Assembly (NCBI RefSeq): GCF_036321535.1
Contig: NC_087436.1
Coordinates: 114,082,001 to 114,146,000, forward strand
Reading direction: 5' to 3'
DNA from: Camelus dromedarius
Taxonomy: Eukaryota
Length of the DNA: 64,000 bases
The first letter of the stretch is position 1, and every line of letters starts with the position of its first letter. The notes below the pieces were generated by a model. It did no database searches. It was not told the DNA's origin and was given only the letters and a program-made list of their open reading frames with translations. A program made the translations under genes and the position numbers. Positions 37,535 to 51,500 of this stretch are shown one piece after another.

Positions 37535-38138
37535 GGGTGCAGGAGACATACCCAAAGATGACCCCTGATGAATCATATCCTTGAATATTGGCTACCCTAG
37601 AGTTTGGTTAATCAATGCCTCTGGCTTGCTTATAACTGGTGGATTATGGGAAAGAAGATGAATGTCACCCTTGTGATTAAGTTTCATTATCTAAGACTCT
37701 TGACTTAGCTGACTGAACTTAGAAAGATTCCCCTGCTGGCTTTGGAGAAGCAAATAGCCATGATGTGAACTGGCTCTGAAGATGGACATGTGGCAGAGAA
37801 CTGTGGGCAGCCTTTAGGAGTGGAGAGTAGTCTCTAGCCTCTAGTCTCTAGCCTCCAGCCTGTAAGAATTGAGGTTTTCAGTCAGACAGCCTCAAGGAAA
37901 TGAATTCTACCATCAATAGAATTGATGAGATGAGAAGCAGATTCTTCCCTAGTCAAGTCTCCAGGTGAAAACACACAGACTGGGCTGACATCTTGACTGC
38001 AGGCTGAGGACTATGGGGAAGAGGACCCTCAATTGTTCCCAGTCTCCTGACCCACAGAAACCATGAAAAAATAAATGTATGCTGTGTTAAGCTGCTAAGT
38101 GTTTGGTGACTTGATATAGGGAATATAAAACAAATACA
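37535..38138 (+). mobile_element. MaLR LTR (MLT1E-like)
   Basis: 'cctgctggctttggagaagcaaatagccatg..catgtggcagagaactgtgggcagcctttaggag..aaggaaatgaattct..tcctgacccacagaaacc..taagctgctaagtgtttggt..aaacaaataca'. Confidence 0.82.
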
Positions 38139-38225
38139 CAGTGTTTCAAATCTACTTTTTACAGCAAAGAACAGGCAGGATGTGCTCTGTGTACTCGTAA
38201 AAGCAATTGGCAAATGTAGTGTATC

Positions 38226-38250
38226 TGTGTGTGTGTGTGTGTGTGTGTGT
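38226..38250. repeat. (TG)12 microsatellite
   Basis: Direct reading. Confidence 0.95.
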
Positions 38251-38449
38251 ATGTATGCACATGTGTGCTGACAAGCTTTACACACAAACACACATGAAAT
38301 GAAGACCTATTATTTAGAGAGGCCAATAGGATGGGGATATACATGTCAGAAAAGAAGAATAAGGTAAATGAAGAGGAGCACTTGGTATTCATAAATCCAA
38401 GATGCTTTCCCCCTCGCGATATTTTAGGCATTTGGGAACAATGGTGAGG

Positions 38450-38660
38450 AACCTGGATTTGGGTGTCAGAAGATCAGGTTTTTGAATATTTTCTTTTGCT
38501 GTGTGATGTTAGGATAATTACTTAAACGCTATGACTCAGTTTTCTCATCCATAAATTGAGAATGATAATAGGACTTACCACACAGAGTTGGCAAGTGCAT
38601 TAAATGAGCTAATATAGGTTAAATGCAGACACTCAGTGAATCCTCTGCAAATATTTGCTA
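38450..38660 (+). mobile_element. MIR SINE
   Basis: 'gctgtgtgatgttaggataattacttaaac..ctcagttttctcatccataaattgagaatgataataggacttacc..attaaatgagctaatata'. Confidence 0.75.
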
Positions 38661-40129
38661 TTGTGAATTCACAACTAAAAAGTGAAGGTGTTAATTATGA
38701 ATCCAGGAAGTAGGACGTATGAGCTCTGTATTCAACCTCTGTGTCTAGTGCCTTCAAGAAGACCCAGGAAGAGGTCCAAGAAACCACAGCACCATGAGTG
38801 GGGAAAAATGGGCCGTTTGATTTTGCACAAACCCAGACACACAATGGCGCATCTATCACCACTGAGATTGTTTCCTAACTTGTCTTCCGTGTGCCTGATA
38901 ACAGCAAATAAAAAATAAAATAAAAGTAAAACATCTTCATCTTCCCATGCATAATGGATGGTAATAAATCATTCATCAGCAGAAAAACAAGTGAGTGATC
39001 GTGCATTTCAGCAAATAAATCACCAGCAATGTTTCTATAAACTGAAACAAGAAACATCTGCAGGGAATTGAGCAAGCCTATGGAGATGAATAAGTCAGGA
39101 ACACCATTAGTCTGAATTAGAGTCTCTTTGATTTTAGGGGAAAGTCCATCTCCTGGCTGATGATTCCAACCTCAGGTGTTACTATAAAATTCGACCTTGT
39201 CCTACTGAAATCAGATTCTTAAACAGTCTGTTTCCTGGCATGCAAGAGAAAGTTATAACCGGTATGAAAAAGTAAGCTTCCTGGTCTTTGGCTAGGAAAC
39301 TGGTATTTCAGAATTCATTTGGACCAGACATGTTTGGACACAGCTGAAAATTAGGAATTTGATTCTGAAAAACCAAATACACGATTTTAATAATGAAATC
39401 TTTCATTCTAAGGGGAAGATTTTAAAAATCGCCTATCAAATAACTTATAAAATCTTGAAGCTGAAATGGACCTTAGAAATTAATGAGCTCAGTGTTGCTG
39501 CTGTAAGATTAAGGTGGTTTTTCCCAAAATCACAAGGCTATTGAGGGTCAAAGATGGGAGTGGGGGCCCAAGTCTCTAATTTCCCAGCCCAGGCTAAGAT
39601 AAGAAAAATAAGGAAACTGAGGCTCAGAATTGTTAAGTAATTTGCCCAAAGTCAAACCATGAATAGGAGAAGGATTTATGGCTCAAAGTTGTCTTTCTAT
39701 TCCTAATATTCTTATCTTTAATATCTTCATTATAATATCTCCATTGTGAGGATGAGCAATTATGTTCTGTTCCCAGAACATGGCTTGTAGCATGCCATGC
39801 ATTCAATAAATTGTATCTCATATTAAAATGAGAAAGTAGATGCATTATGTTGGATTGTCATTATTTTTCAGCACTACTGAAAATATGCAATGCCTGAGTC
39901 ATAGACATATAATCCCATACAACATAATGTTTAACCAGGATACTTTACTTCTTTATGATGAAAGAGACTGGGGAGTTGGTCCAGGACCAGGCTATCTGCT
40001 GGCTGAATCACCCAGTTGTTGATGTCCTGGTAGAGTGTCTGAATAGTGTGCTAAAGGCATGGCTGATGCACTAACTTGAGGACAACATTCTGTGAGGACA
40101 GACTGCCATGCTCTGTGTTTCAGTGCGTG

Positions 40130-40800
40130 CATTGAACCAGAGACCTTTAATGTGGCTCTGTGTCCCCAGTAGGAAGAACACATGAATACAGAAAACAAAA
40201 GGCAGAAGCACGTATGGTCTGACGTATCATCATCTCTGGTGACCCCCCACAGGAAGTCATTCTTCCTTGATCCCCAGCTCTGGGCTCTGTAGCATTAGAA
40301 GTCCTTTTCTCCAAGGTACAAGGAGGATAACAATGAACTCCAAACTGCCACTGGCTCTTGTGCATTCTGGGTTTCTTGTGTCCAGGGCTCATCAAGCAAA
40401 CATGAATCACCATCTTGTCACAGGTAAACAGCCCTGATCGGCAGGAGGAGGTGGGACTTCTGCTACATGATACAAGCAAGGAGGAACTCTTGCTGGTCCT
40501 GGGTAATCCACTAGGGCACCTTTTAGTACTCTATTGCCAAATGGTGACTGTGACTGGACAAGTGGAACAATCCTGGCCAAGGGGTGAATGGTTATCAGGA
40601 TCTGAGACCCCTAAAGAATGAAGGTTTGGGCCATATGCAAGTAACCCACCAAGACCAGTAGAGGTGATTACTGAGGGTGAAGGATTTAGAATGGATAGTG
40701 GAAAAAAAAAAAAAAGAGAGAGGACAAATACCAGCTCTGGTCCCATAGCAAAAGGGCCTGCAATTTATCCCTCTAACCTCCATATTACAAGCTTCCCCTC
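40130..40800 (+). mobile_element. ERV-L/MaLR internal remnant with dUTPase-like relic
   Basis: ORF 40415-40621 (PDRQEEVGLLLHDTSKEELLLVLGNPLGHLLVLYCQMVTVTGQVEQ) parallels the ERV-L dUTPase C-terminus as I recall it (DPDYQGEIGLLLHNGGKEEYVWNTGDPLGRLLVLPCPVIKVNG). Confidence 0.8.
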
Positions 40801-40829
40801 AGACAGAGAGGGCCACTGTCATAAAACCA

Positions 40830-40995
40830 AAGAGCAGAATGGTTACCAGGGGCTGCAGAGGGATGGAAATGGGGAGTTATAATCAACAGTCATGAAGTTT
40901 CAGTTAAGCAAGATGAGTAAGTTCCAGAGATCTGCTGTACAGCATTGTGCCACTAGTTAACAATATTGTACTGTACACTTAAAAAGTTGTTGAGG
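40830..40995 (+). mobile_element. L1MA/L1MB-type 3' UTR fragment
   Basis: 'gaatggttaccaggggctg..gaaatggggagtt..aagtttcagttaagcaagatgagtaagttccagagatctgctgtacagcattgtgcc..aacaatattgtactgtacacttaaaa'. Confidence 0.85.
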
Positions 40996-43109
40996 AAATC
41001 AAAACTCAGCATTTATGGAAGTCACACTAATAATTAAATATACACGTGAGATGCAGAATATATATTTACATGCTCATATATATGAGAATACTGCAGTCAT
41101 AGTACATTTAACCAATCATTTCCATCATAGAATACATTGGGTGATGGGCTCATTACCAGTGGATAACTATTTCATGAGAACCTGATAGGATATTCCATGT
41201 CACATCATTGGTCATTGGGAAAACAATGATAATGAGACAAAATCTGTGGCCTTGGATAGCTCTCAGGCCAGGAGAGAGAGAAGCATGCTAATAGATTATT
41301 TCAGTTTCCTGAACAACTTATTTTTTATTCAGAACTATGGGGAGATTCCAATTTATTTCCACCTACTTGTTTTTTTAAGCTTCATATTCCAATTATGTCT
41401 GTACAAGTGGAAGAGCTAGAAAAATCTGAATGCTAAATGTGAAATAAGCTTTGCCATCAGACGTCATTCAGTTACCTATGTTTTGTCATCCTCATTGGTC
41501 AAATAGTTCAGTTGTCACCAACTCCCACTTATTTTAGCTCAGTCAGCTTCCGAGAGAGCCCTCTTCCCAGAATTACTTGTTTCTAGGCAGCAAAAATTAT
41601 CGATAACTGACATGATTAAACTTGATGGCTCAGCAAAGCAAGGTAGAATGCAGATGGTCTAGGTTCAAGTTTCTGATTAGAAAAAAAAACAGTCTGGAAC
41701 ATAAGAATTGGGACTAGAAGGGCTAAAACGTATATTCTTGTGCCATGAGGGGCAGTGCTCTAAAGTGACTATTTTCTACCATAAACGATGCAATCCTCTG
41801 AGCCAACATCATTGTCTTCTGCGGGGGCTGCATGGGTATCATCAAGCTCTTAGTGAACTGATTCCCAGGTAAGCACATGAGCCCTGCTTGAGTCTGGGCC
41901 CCCTTTGATTTTTATAAGCCAAGGAACTTGCCTCTAAATGGTCAGTTACTGGATCTCTGTTGCTCGCAATTTTCCCACGTGTGTGATCTCATGGAGTTAG
42001 TGGGGGTTTATTAGACTTGTTCTATGAAATGCAAAGCCTTTAGCCCCAGCCATCCTTTATTTGATGAAGTCAAATAAATAGTTTCTTATTTTCTGTCTTC
42101 TCTCAACTTTGTAAACAGAGCACAGTTGCCTGGAGGAGGCATATATTATTATCTGTATTATATAATATTTATATTACTCCTACGTTCCTCATCCACTGCA
42201 CTTTTTAACAAAGAGGAAATGAGGAGTGGACAGGGGTACAGGATGACATATCCACCCTGTGGTGGAGGCTCTAAGGCAACAATCCAAAGTGGGCGTTCCA
42301 TTCATTAGCTATGTGAGTTTCATTATTACCACTAAGGGATCAACTGCATTTTTAAAGACTCTTCTTTGAAAAACAATATTCAGGATAATGCAACAAGAAA
42401 TTCTACAATTCTTTAACACTCAGAGAACAAATAGGCAATCTATTAGTTGTCCATTCCAGGAAAATTTCACAAATAAACACTTCTTATACTTCCAAGAAAA
42501 TGTTACATCATGCATAAAAATAAACCTTAAAAAAGCAATGTCATCATTGTCTTTTTAAAAGTATACTTCACAACTTTAATGTAAAATCTCTTTCCCAGTG
42601 ACTGGGCTGAAATAGGACTGAAGAAATTTCGGGGACAATAAACATTGCAATGAAGAAATGTTATCAAATAGTAATTTATTCTATTCTCTTATAAGCCAAG
42701 TGAAGAATAGATTTTAACCAGAATAGCTTAGTTTCAGATGGACTCTTCCTGCAGAGCTTATGAATACATATTTTTTTTTATTTTTCTAATGAGAAAAAAA
42801 AGTAAATTAATTTTCAATGGCCATGTAGTCCATGGGCAAGGATAGTCTTCTGAACCAATTTTCTGGTCAGTGTTACAGATCCCAAGAAGAATTGCTCCAA
42901 GTGTAGCCTGCCTCTAGCATCCCCTCGGTAAAGATTAGAAGAGAAAGAAAATTTCTCTGATCTTTTCAAAAAATAGGATGGGGAAAAGCTTGAAAACAGA
43001 TAAAGTTGTGCAGTCTTGTATGTGAGGAAGGTAAAATTAGAGGGGTCAAAAAAAAACATGGAAAGTCTCATAACTTGGGTATCTACTATGTGCCAATCAC
43101 TATTATAGG

Positions 43110-43661
43110 TGTTTACTTTATGAAAATAAATGTCATCCAAATGAAAACAAAAGTCTATTTATACAGAGCTGGTTACAGGAAAGGAGTCATCCACCATCAC
43201 TTGTATTGTGGTGAGATTCAAACGCAGGCAGAGGAGTGGGAAAGCTTTCTAGTAGAAAGAAGCAAGGCTTCAGATACGCCCTGATTGGAGGCTGTGGACG
43301 CAGGGGACCGTAGGTAGGATACCAGAAGAGGGACCTTCCATGTGACTGATCAGAGTGCATATCTGGCTTTTTCTGTTTGGTCCTGACTTGAAAGTGGGAA
43401 TAAAAATCAGGGAAGCTGTCAGTTATTAATCAAGTCCTGCTCATTTTGGGTCGATTGTTACAGAGGTTATTGTTTGGCTTCCTGGATTTTTACTTAGAGA
43501 TAGCAGTCTGACTTCCTGGAAATCTGACTTCTAGCAGGCTGGCTTCCTGGGCTGGTTAGTGCATAAAGGGATTGGTTTCCTGAGCTGGTTGCTACAGGTT
43601 ATGGATCTGAGTGCAATTTTATCTGGTCTGGCCATTGGTTTGTTGTTCATTTGTATATTCA
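43110..43661 (-). mobile_element. ERV1-type LTR (MER89/MER110-like), antisense
   Basis: Repeated 'ggcttcctgg(g)ctggtt' units and 'ccctgattgg'; right end 'tggtctggccattgg..gtatattca' reads TGAATATAC on the minus strand; left boundary approximate. Confidence 0.7.
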
Positions 43662-44674
43662 GTTCTCCACATTTGTGTTCTATTTCATTCTTACTTCTGT
43701 TCAGTGAATTAGAGGTGAAAAAGTAAACCAAACCTCAGAAGATGTCAAAATCTTGACAATAATGACACAGTTGGCAAGTTCCTCACAAACAAATTTAACC
43801 CATGCATGTCAACATATCACTCTTTGTGGAAACAGAACAATTCCTATCGGTCCACTGTGCTGAAACTTGGATTGCCAAGAAACACAAGCCTTCCTACCAA
43901 GAAGAGGACTTAGGAGAGCATGCCGGTGGGTGTTCCTGGGGACCAGCTCTTCCACATTCCACACCCTAACTGCTTCCCAAGAAGCCTAGAGGCCCGAAAA
44001 AGATGTAAAGATGCTCCTCTTCTCTGACATGCACCTGTTCTCTGTCCATCGCTGTTTTCCTCTGTTCATCATTTTAATATGATAAACATTAATTAAGGAC
44101 CTAAGTGCTGGGAGATATCAAAGTGACTTAACTATGATTACTTCTTATTATAGTGGGTGGGAAAGACAGTTAAATACATGGTTATAATCAGCAAAAGGTC
44201 ATGTGAGAGACAGGCCTGGCCTTTCCAGGAGCTCACCATCAAGGCTCATAGCCCCTGGGAGATCATGAATTCAGGATCCAGAAAAGCTGAGACACAAGGG
44301 TGGGGGCATCCAGATGGAGGAAAGGCATATGCCTTTGTCCTGAGCTATTTCCTACCTGTTGCTAAGTTAACTCACCCTCTCCGAAGGCGATGTCTTGCAA
44401 AGATTGGTATCTTCCTTTGCCAGTATCTGTTTCCAGGACTGCACTGATACATATTCAAGATCTTGTATTATTTGTGATCGCTGGTGATAGGCAGGGTTTG
44501 GAGTTGAATTTGGGAGCCCCAATCCCATCAATTTTCCCTGCGTGCAGTTTTCCCTGCCACAGGAGGGTATGAGCTCAAGCTCATAGCAGCAAACAAAATA
44601 TACCTTTCCTCAGAAAGGGCGTGTATTCAATAACTACAACTTAGTGCAGGGATCCTGGAGTAGGTGGAAACGGA

Positions 44675-45064
44675 GAAGCACGTTCACTGGGGCTGCCCTA
44701 ACAAATTAGCACAGACTGGGGGCATAAGAAGAACAGAAATCTATTTCCTCAGCATTCTAGAGTCTGGAAGTCCAAGATAAAGATGTTGGCAGGGTTGGTT
44801 TCTTCTGAGGGCTCCCTCTCCTTGGCTTGCAGACGGCCCCCTTCTTCCTATGTCTTCACGTGGTCTTTACTCCGTGCATGTCTGTATCCTAATCTCTTCT
44901 TATAAGAACGCCAGTCAGATTGAACTAGGACCCACCCTAACGACCTCGTTTTACATTAATCACCTCTTGAATAGCTCACTATCCATATACAGTCACATTC
45001 TGAGGTCCTAGGGATCAGGACCTCAACATAGAAATTTGGGCAGAGCACAGTTGAGCCTGTAACA
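44675..45064 (-). mobile_element. MaLR solo LTR (MLT1B-like, antisense)
   Basis: 'ggctgccctaacaaa..aacagaaatctatttcctc..ggaagtccaagat..tggcagggttggtttcttctgagg..cttggcttgcagacggcc..cagtcacattctgaggt..gcctgtaaca'. Confidence 0.9.
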
Positions 45065-48000
45065 CAAGCTTTGGTGTGGGCATGGAGGTGAGTCTTCTGG
45101 AAGCTCCATCCCTGCATCTCAATGTTTGCATCAAACTCTAATTCCTCTTCTACAAGCCTCAGCCAAATGACCACAAGCCTGAACTGAGAAAGCTGGAAAC
45201 TGGCTTCTGCACACATGACAAGTCATGCCTGATCTGGAGGTTAAAAGCTAAGAATTTGCCCAATGCAAATATGCCCAGGAAGTTGAAATAGGAAGCAAAG
45301 CAAGGTCACATGCCTTTTAAAGCATAATGTCCTGCCCATTAGTAAAGGGAAGTTGGCTAAATTACGAGTGCTGAGCAATCTGATGAGCAACTCTCCCCAC
45401 TATGAAAGAAGAGTTGGAGGAAAGGTGGGCTGGGGAAAGGAAGAAGCTTAACTAGAAGATCTTCCTTCTATGGTCAGAGGCTACATTAATCTGGGAACAT
45501 GGTAGGAATTACCTTCTTGCTCTGCTCTTTGGTTTCTGGCCATGATCCACGTGCCCCAGGACCATCCTCATCCTCCCCCTGTCTCCACCTTGGCTTCCCA
45601 GCCTCAGCACCTGCCGGAGCCTGACTTCTCTTGCTCACCACCCAGCAGGATATTTTCTGCCTGTTTCACAATTTAGGAGCAAAGCGTCCTTATCAATGCC
45701 TCACGATCCAAGCTCTGCCAGGAACTTCCTCCACATGAAATGTATGGATCAAAACCCCAAGGAGTTTGACATTTATATTTTTAATAGTTTTTTTCCCCTT
45801 CTTAAAACACCCACAGGCTGTGACTGAAATGGAAATGTTTGCCTTTAATTGCAATGTGTGCTCCATCAGCTGTGAGGCTGTGAGTCCTCCCTCCTTAGAA
45901 GCGTAGCCGCGTTTGTATCAAACAGAGCTGGGAATGCGGGGAGGAACAAAAGGTCTGAAATGCCATGCGATAAGAAAAATTCTTTTAAAACTCCTCAATA
46001 ACAGGAAACTGGAGAGAGTTTAATTCACAGAGGAAAATGATTTAGAAGACAGAGCTACTAATAATTGTTTCTTGCAACCCCAAGCCCCTGTTTGGAGACA
46101 TCGCATTCCTCTGCATCTAAGACGTAAATATCACCAAGTCTGTGGCAGCATCTTTTTGTAACAATCACTTGTCACTCGTAGGTTCTGTGCGGCACACAAA
46201 GATGAATGAGATACAGCGTTAGCTTCAAGTTGCTTAGAACCTGGCACATATAAACTGGTTCTCCAGACAGCTCCCATTCCCAGGAAGACAGAGGGCCCAT
46301 CTGGGTCCAGGGGGGCCTCACAACCAAAGTTCTCCTAAAGGTTTTGCTTAAAAGATTTTCAAGCAGCCTGTTCACACATCTGAATCTAATACTTTTCTCT
46401 GTGTTCTGAGACAGGCTTAGTTACAAATATTAATAATCCTGCTTTCTTGAATAAGAGGATTATAAGCATTCTTTAGCGGTCTCCGAATCCAATTACTAAC
46501 ATCTCTGCATAATAATAAGTATCATTCCTTCACAAGAAATATTTTCATTATGATGAGCAAGGCCGGGGTGGAGGCTGCTCAGGAGATATTATAGATTTCC
46601 AGTCCCAACCAGTTCCAGTCTAAATAGACTCTGAGCAGCACTTTTGAAAGGACTTCCTAAAAAGGAGCCAAGTGCATGCAGGAGATCTCCCTCACCCACT
46701 CTGCTTCCTCCCAGGTTCTGGCCTTGATGCCCCTTCAGCCCTCCTCCCTGATGCCAACAGTAAACTAAAGCATCTTTATGTCACAGAAGACTGAGCATAC
46801 ATCCACGATGCACAGTCAGCCCCACCTTGCATTCAGACTGACTAAATCCTCGTTTAAAATGACACCACTATCTCCGACAGGTAAGAGGCACCACTTACTA
46901 TCACGCAAGACGTGTTGGTCTGGCATGTAATGAGCACCCCAGCCTGTGCTGGCCCTGCCTGGAATACAAGCTGTGGGAAGCAAGGCCTCGCTCCTCTCAG
47001 CAGCCCCCCTGAACCACTGTCACACACAGCACCTTGTCTCACAGGGACGTCTGTCTTCTGGTGCAGCTGCTGCCTTCCTTCCCGTGTCCCAACATGTACT
47101 GGTGCTCTTCCTCTCCACCCACCACCCCACCCCACCCACCTCGCCCCTGCCAGCTGTGCCAGCAGGTGTGCTTTGCCAACACTGTCAGATCACGCATGTA
47201 AAAATATTGTTTCCATTTTAGAGGTAAGAAAGCTGAGGCTCAGAGAATATGTGATTTCCATGGGTGAGTAGTTAAAATGAACTCAGTTATTCTGTTTCCA
47301 GAGTTCATGGTCTCTCCTGTATAGGAAGAATTGATGGTATAATAATATCTTACAACTTAGAGCTTGGTGGGAAAGATATGCTTTCAGGACTATTCTCTCA
47401 TGTTGCTGTCACCACCACAGCTGTTTGGGAAATGTACTGTGGCCCTGCACATAGGAGATATTCACACATGGGCGTTGGAATCCAGCATTCATGGATTCCG
47501 ATCTGGACTCTAATCCTGACTAGCTAAGAGAACTTGGGCAATCCTTCACAATACTTGAGACTCACTTTCCTTATCTAAAAGAAATTGGGAGGTGGGGACA
47601 TGGCAATAGTCTCCCCTTGAAGCACTGACATACAGAATTAAGTTAGAATGAAATATAAGCACATTACTTGGTACTACGTAGTGTCCCAGTTGAGTTCAAG
47701 CCTTTTCACCTGCCTTAATTCCATACTAGGCTAGGTAGAATTCGGTTATCTAAAAAAGTTTCTTTCCAGGTTTAAAATTTTATTAAAACGTCCTTAGCCA
47801 TTTCTTAGCCCTGTCCTTCTAAGTACATGACTGTGTTTTGTTCACAGATAAGTTATTCCGGGACTTTGATCAAGATTGAGAGGCTGGGGTTTTAATGCAA
47901 GCAGATGCATGTAGGTTACAATTGTGCTGACTCTAGATGAGTCTAAGTGATGTCAGAGGGAACTTCCCTCTCCCCTCCACCTCCCAGGCTACTGTTACTA

Positions 48001-49559
48001 ACATCAGCCAGAGCAAGGGAGTGATAGGTACAAACAACAGACGTGGTAAATGAATGAATGGTAGCGAGGCAAGCAACTTAGCAATGCATCTGCAATAAAG
48101 CTCCAAGTTTTCCCGAATGAGTTGGCATAGTACCCCACTGGCTTGCAATTTCAGCCTCGTTTATTAAAAAAAAAAATTAAGGAAATTCTGTTCACATTTT
48201 ATTTCTCCTTTCTTCTTTCTTCCCATTAAAAAATGAGTACTTTCTTAATTCCAGAGGTCAGTTAAAGGGTAGACAGGAGGCTTGCTAGTCAGGAACAGAG
48301 AAAATGTGAGGTTAAAAATAAGGTCTGTCCTAGAGCTGCTTTTAAGTATTGATGCCAAGGTTACCCAAGGTTATTTGAGGTTAATAGTTGATGATGGAGC
48401 TACTCAGCTCCCCCCAGCTTGGAGGTTAATTCTCCTCCTTTGCAAAGAACTCCAGCATTGAGTTGGGGCCTCACTCCACTGGGCTTGTTTTCTCTCTTTT
48501 TATTTAATCTAATTTGATGAACCAAATCCTTTGCACCGAACCACCTCCACTATCCCCCTCCCCAACCCCACAAAAAAAAAAAAAAAGAAAAACAACCATA
48601 GTTGAAAAATGTATCCAATCAACCAGAAACAAATGCATTTCTAATTAAAGATTATAAATACGGGTCACCCTTTAGAACAAGCAAACACAAGTCAAGCATC
48701 ATTCTTCTTGATTTGTTCCGGGTCACTGTTCTCCTCTGCCTGGTTGCAGAACACTAATGGATTATCTTGATAAAAATTCATTTTTCCATCCATCTGTTAT
48801 ATTGCCCTCTTAATGTCAATTTCTCCTAACGTATCTTGATTTTGCCCCAGCACCAGCTGCAAATACACTGCATTTTATTAAAATAAAGCCTCATGTCTCC
48901 AATCTTCTAAATGAAGGAAGTAGCTACAAGACCATTTTCTTTCCCTGCATTTGCAGTTTTAAGTTTCAGCATATGTTAGCATAATGATTTCATTCAGTAT
49001 CATTTCCAAAGGCGGAGGCCCTTCTGAATCAATTTCTCGATTCAGAACCAGGTCAAATCAAATAAGGAGTTTATACACATTAAAAAAAGGGAGATCTGAT
49101 AGCAACAAATGTCAAAGGCAATAGAGAAGAGAATATTTCATTTGGGAAACAATGCTTAAAGCCTAGGACGTTTTGCTCTATCCTAATCAAAAGGGAAAAT
49201 TCAAGAGGCAAAAATCCTCTAATTCTTCCACAGCCATCTGAAAAACCTAGGACTGATGAAGGTTTTTAAAGTGAGAAATGTGCACACAGATCACTTCCCA
49301 AATTCACATATGAATTATCAGGTTATTTACTAGAAAGGTGAAGGTGGCTGTAAGCAAATCCAAACCTAACGTCCCTTCCCTGTAGCCCCAGATGTTAGAA
49401 GCCAGTCCAGAGGACACCAGGCAAAGTGTCAGAGGAATATGTGACTGACTAATGGCTACATGACACCAGGTTTCTGAAGACCAACCTGTTTAGTGTGCCT
49501 GGAATTATGACAGCATTATGATTTTTGGAAATCAGATAATTGTAAAGTAATATATCTTT

Positions 49560-50170
49560 GCTGCTATCATTTTTCATTTCTATTTACTGAGTTTAAGCGT
49601 TTCATTATATGCTTTTTTATATATTAACTTTACACTTTTAGTTCTAATTTTTTGTTCATATTCTTGTTTTTCTAAACTGGTGATCAAATCATCTAAATGA
49701 ATGACAGTCTTTTCTCTTATGATTTTTATTCCTCTGATTTATTTTCTTAGAATGGGTGACAGAATTTCTGGGTCTGTGCAAATAGTCATTGTGATTATTT
49801 GCTTTTAATCTTAGAAGGAACATGTCTAATTTCTAACTCCTTTAGTTTCAAAGATAGCATATTTGTTGTTAATCTTTCTAGTTTCCTATAAATACATTTG
49901 AAGTTATAATATTATAAAAACTATGAATATGCTCTAGCTGTGTCCCACAACTTTTGACATGTGATGTTTTTGTTGACTGTTATTTCCAAGTATTTTATAG
50001 TTTTTGTAATTTTCTTTATAATTTAAAATTGTTTAGTTGTGTGGTACTTATTTTTTACATTTAAAGAATTTTAAACTATATTTACACTATTGATTTGTAA
50101 ATTTACTGCATTACAGCCATAGAATATATTCTAGATAACACTGAAATTTAATTAGTGGCTTAATACTTGC
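49560..50170 (-). mobile_element. Ancient L1 (L1M/L1ME-type) fragments
   Basis: Very T-rich; 'ctctagctgtgtcccacaacttttgacatgtgatgttt', 'tattgatttgtaaatttactgcatta..agaatata'. Confidence 0.5.
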
Positions 50171-51049
50171 TCCATTTTAGTTAGAATAGTAGGACATACT
50201 CGCTGTGGAAACAAATTAACCTGACATTTCATTGATTTAACAGAACAGAAATTTACCTCTTGTTCAGGTCAACAGAAGCTTTTCTAGATCTGACAATTCA
50301 GGAATCTAGGCCTCCTCTACCTCATCATTCTGCCATCAACAAGTGGTCCAATTGCCCATCCTAGTTCTTAAGATCTACATATATTTTGACTCTGAATATG
50401 TTTTGTAATTGCCAAGCAATACATAGAGCTTCTGTTCAAAACCAGCTTTAAAAGGAAATGTCTTTAATTTGGACTCAAGTCAATTAAAGCTTTAGGATGG
50501 CTCTCGCATGACAAGATTATGTCTAGGACAACTCTATATATTGTATAAAACATTTTCTCTGTTCCTCGTTATGCCTTCTTTTGAATCTCTTAACCCCCAC
50601 CAAACATTCTAATTCTCACAAATGGTCCAACTTGTGTTTTGACTCAACCAACCTCAGGCTCTGCTCTACCACTTACCTCCTGTTTTCTTGGCCATCTAGG
50701 CTCTCCCTCCTGCCCTTGTGGTCATCTTGACCTTTATCTACTTCCTATTCCTATCATAGTTCTGAGATAAGGAATTCTGAGAAAAGCCTGTTAATACCCT
50801 TAACATATCTTGCCTAGGAATGAAGACTTCTTATGTATTCCAATTTTTTTTCCTCAAATCACTAGGGAGTGTAAATTCTGGTTATTGATCACATGACCTC
50901 ATTCCTCTAGCCTCCTCTCCACTATTGATGTAATATGGAAATGGTAACCCAAGTTGTATAACCCAACTTATGATGGATTTAGCAAGAGTATATGATAATA
51001 CAGATAAATATCAATGTGATTAAATGATTGGTTTAACCAATATTAAGGC

Positions 51050-51500
51050 TGCTCTGTTCCTGCCCTTGCTAGTGGGAATTCAGGAGGAATAAGACACAAG
51101 GTGAAGGACCTCTCATCTAGAAAGGAAAGATCCGTGTGTTTTTAAAACACATACATTCAATGATAGATGTGTGCATGGGGTGCTGTGAGAACCTGCCCAG
51201 GACACCTAACACATATGGGAAATGGTAACCAGGATGGCTCCTAAAGGTGGCTTTGTTAGGTGGGCTTATCCCAGAAAGAGAAAAGGGCATGAGCAAAGAC
51301 ATAAAGATGAGAAACAGTATGATGTAGGGAGGGATATCCAGCATTAGATAGTGTGGAGGTCAAGCATGAAGGAAGGAGTGACAGGAGATGATGCTGAGAT
51401 GTCAGGCAGGCCCACAGGATTGGGAACCCTGGGGGCCATAAGAATCTCGGACTTAACTGGTAGGGACTGTAAAGGCCTTAAAGAGAATTAAGAAGAAGAC
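51050..51500 (-). mobile_element. L2 fragment
   Basis: 'ggtgctgtgagaac..cacctaac..ggcatgagcaaagacataaagatgagaaacagtatg..ggagatgatgctgaga..ggccataagaatctcggactt'. Confidence 0.6.
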
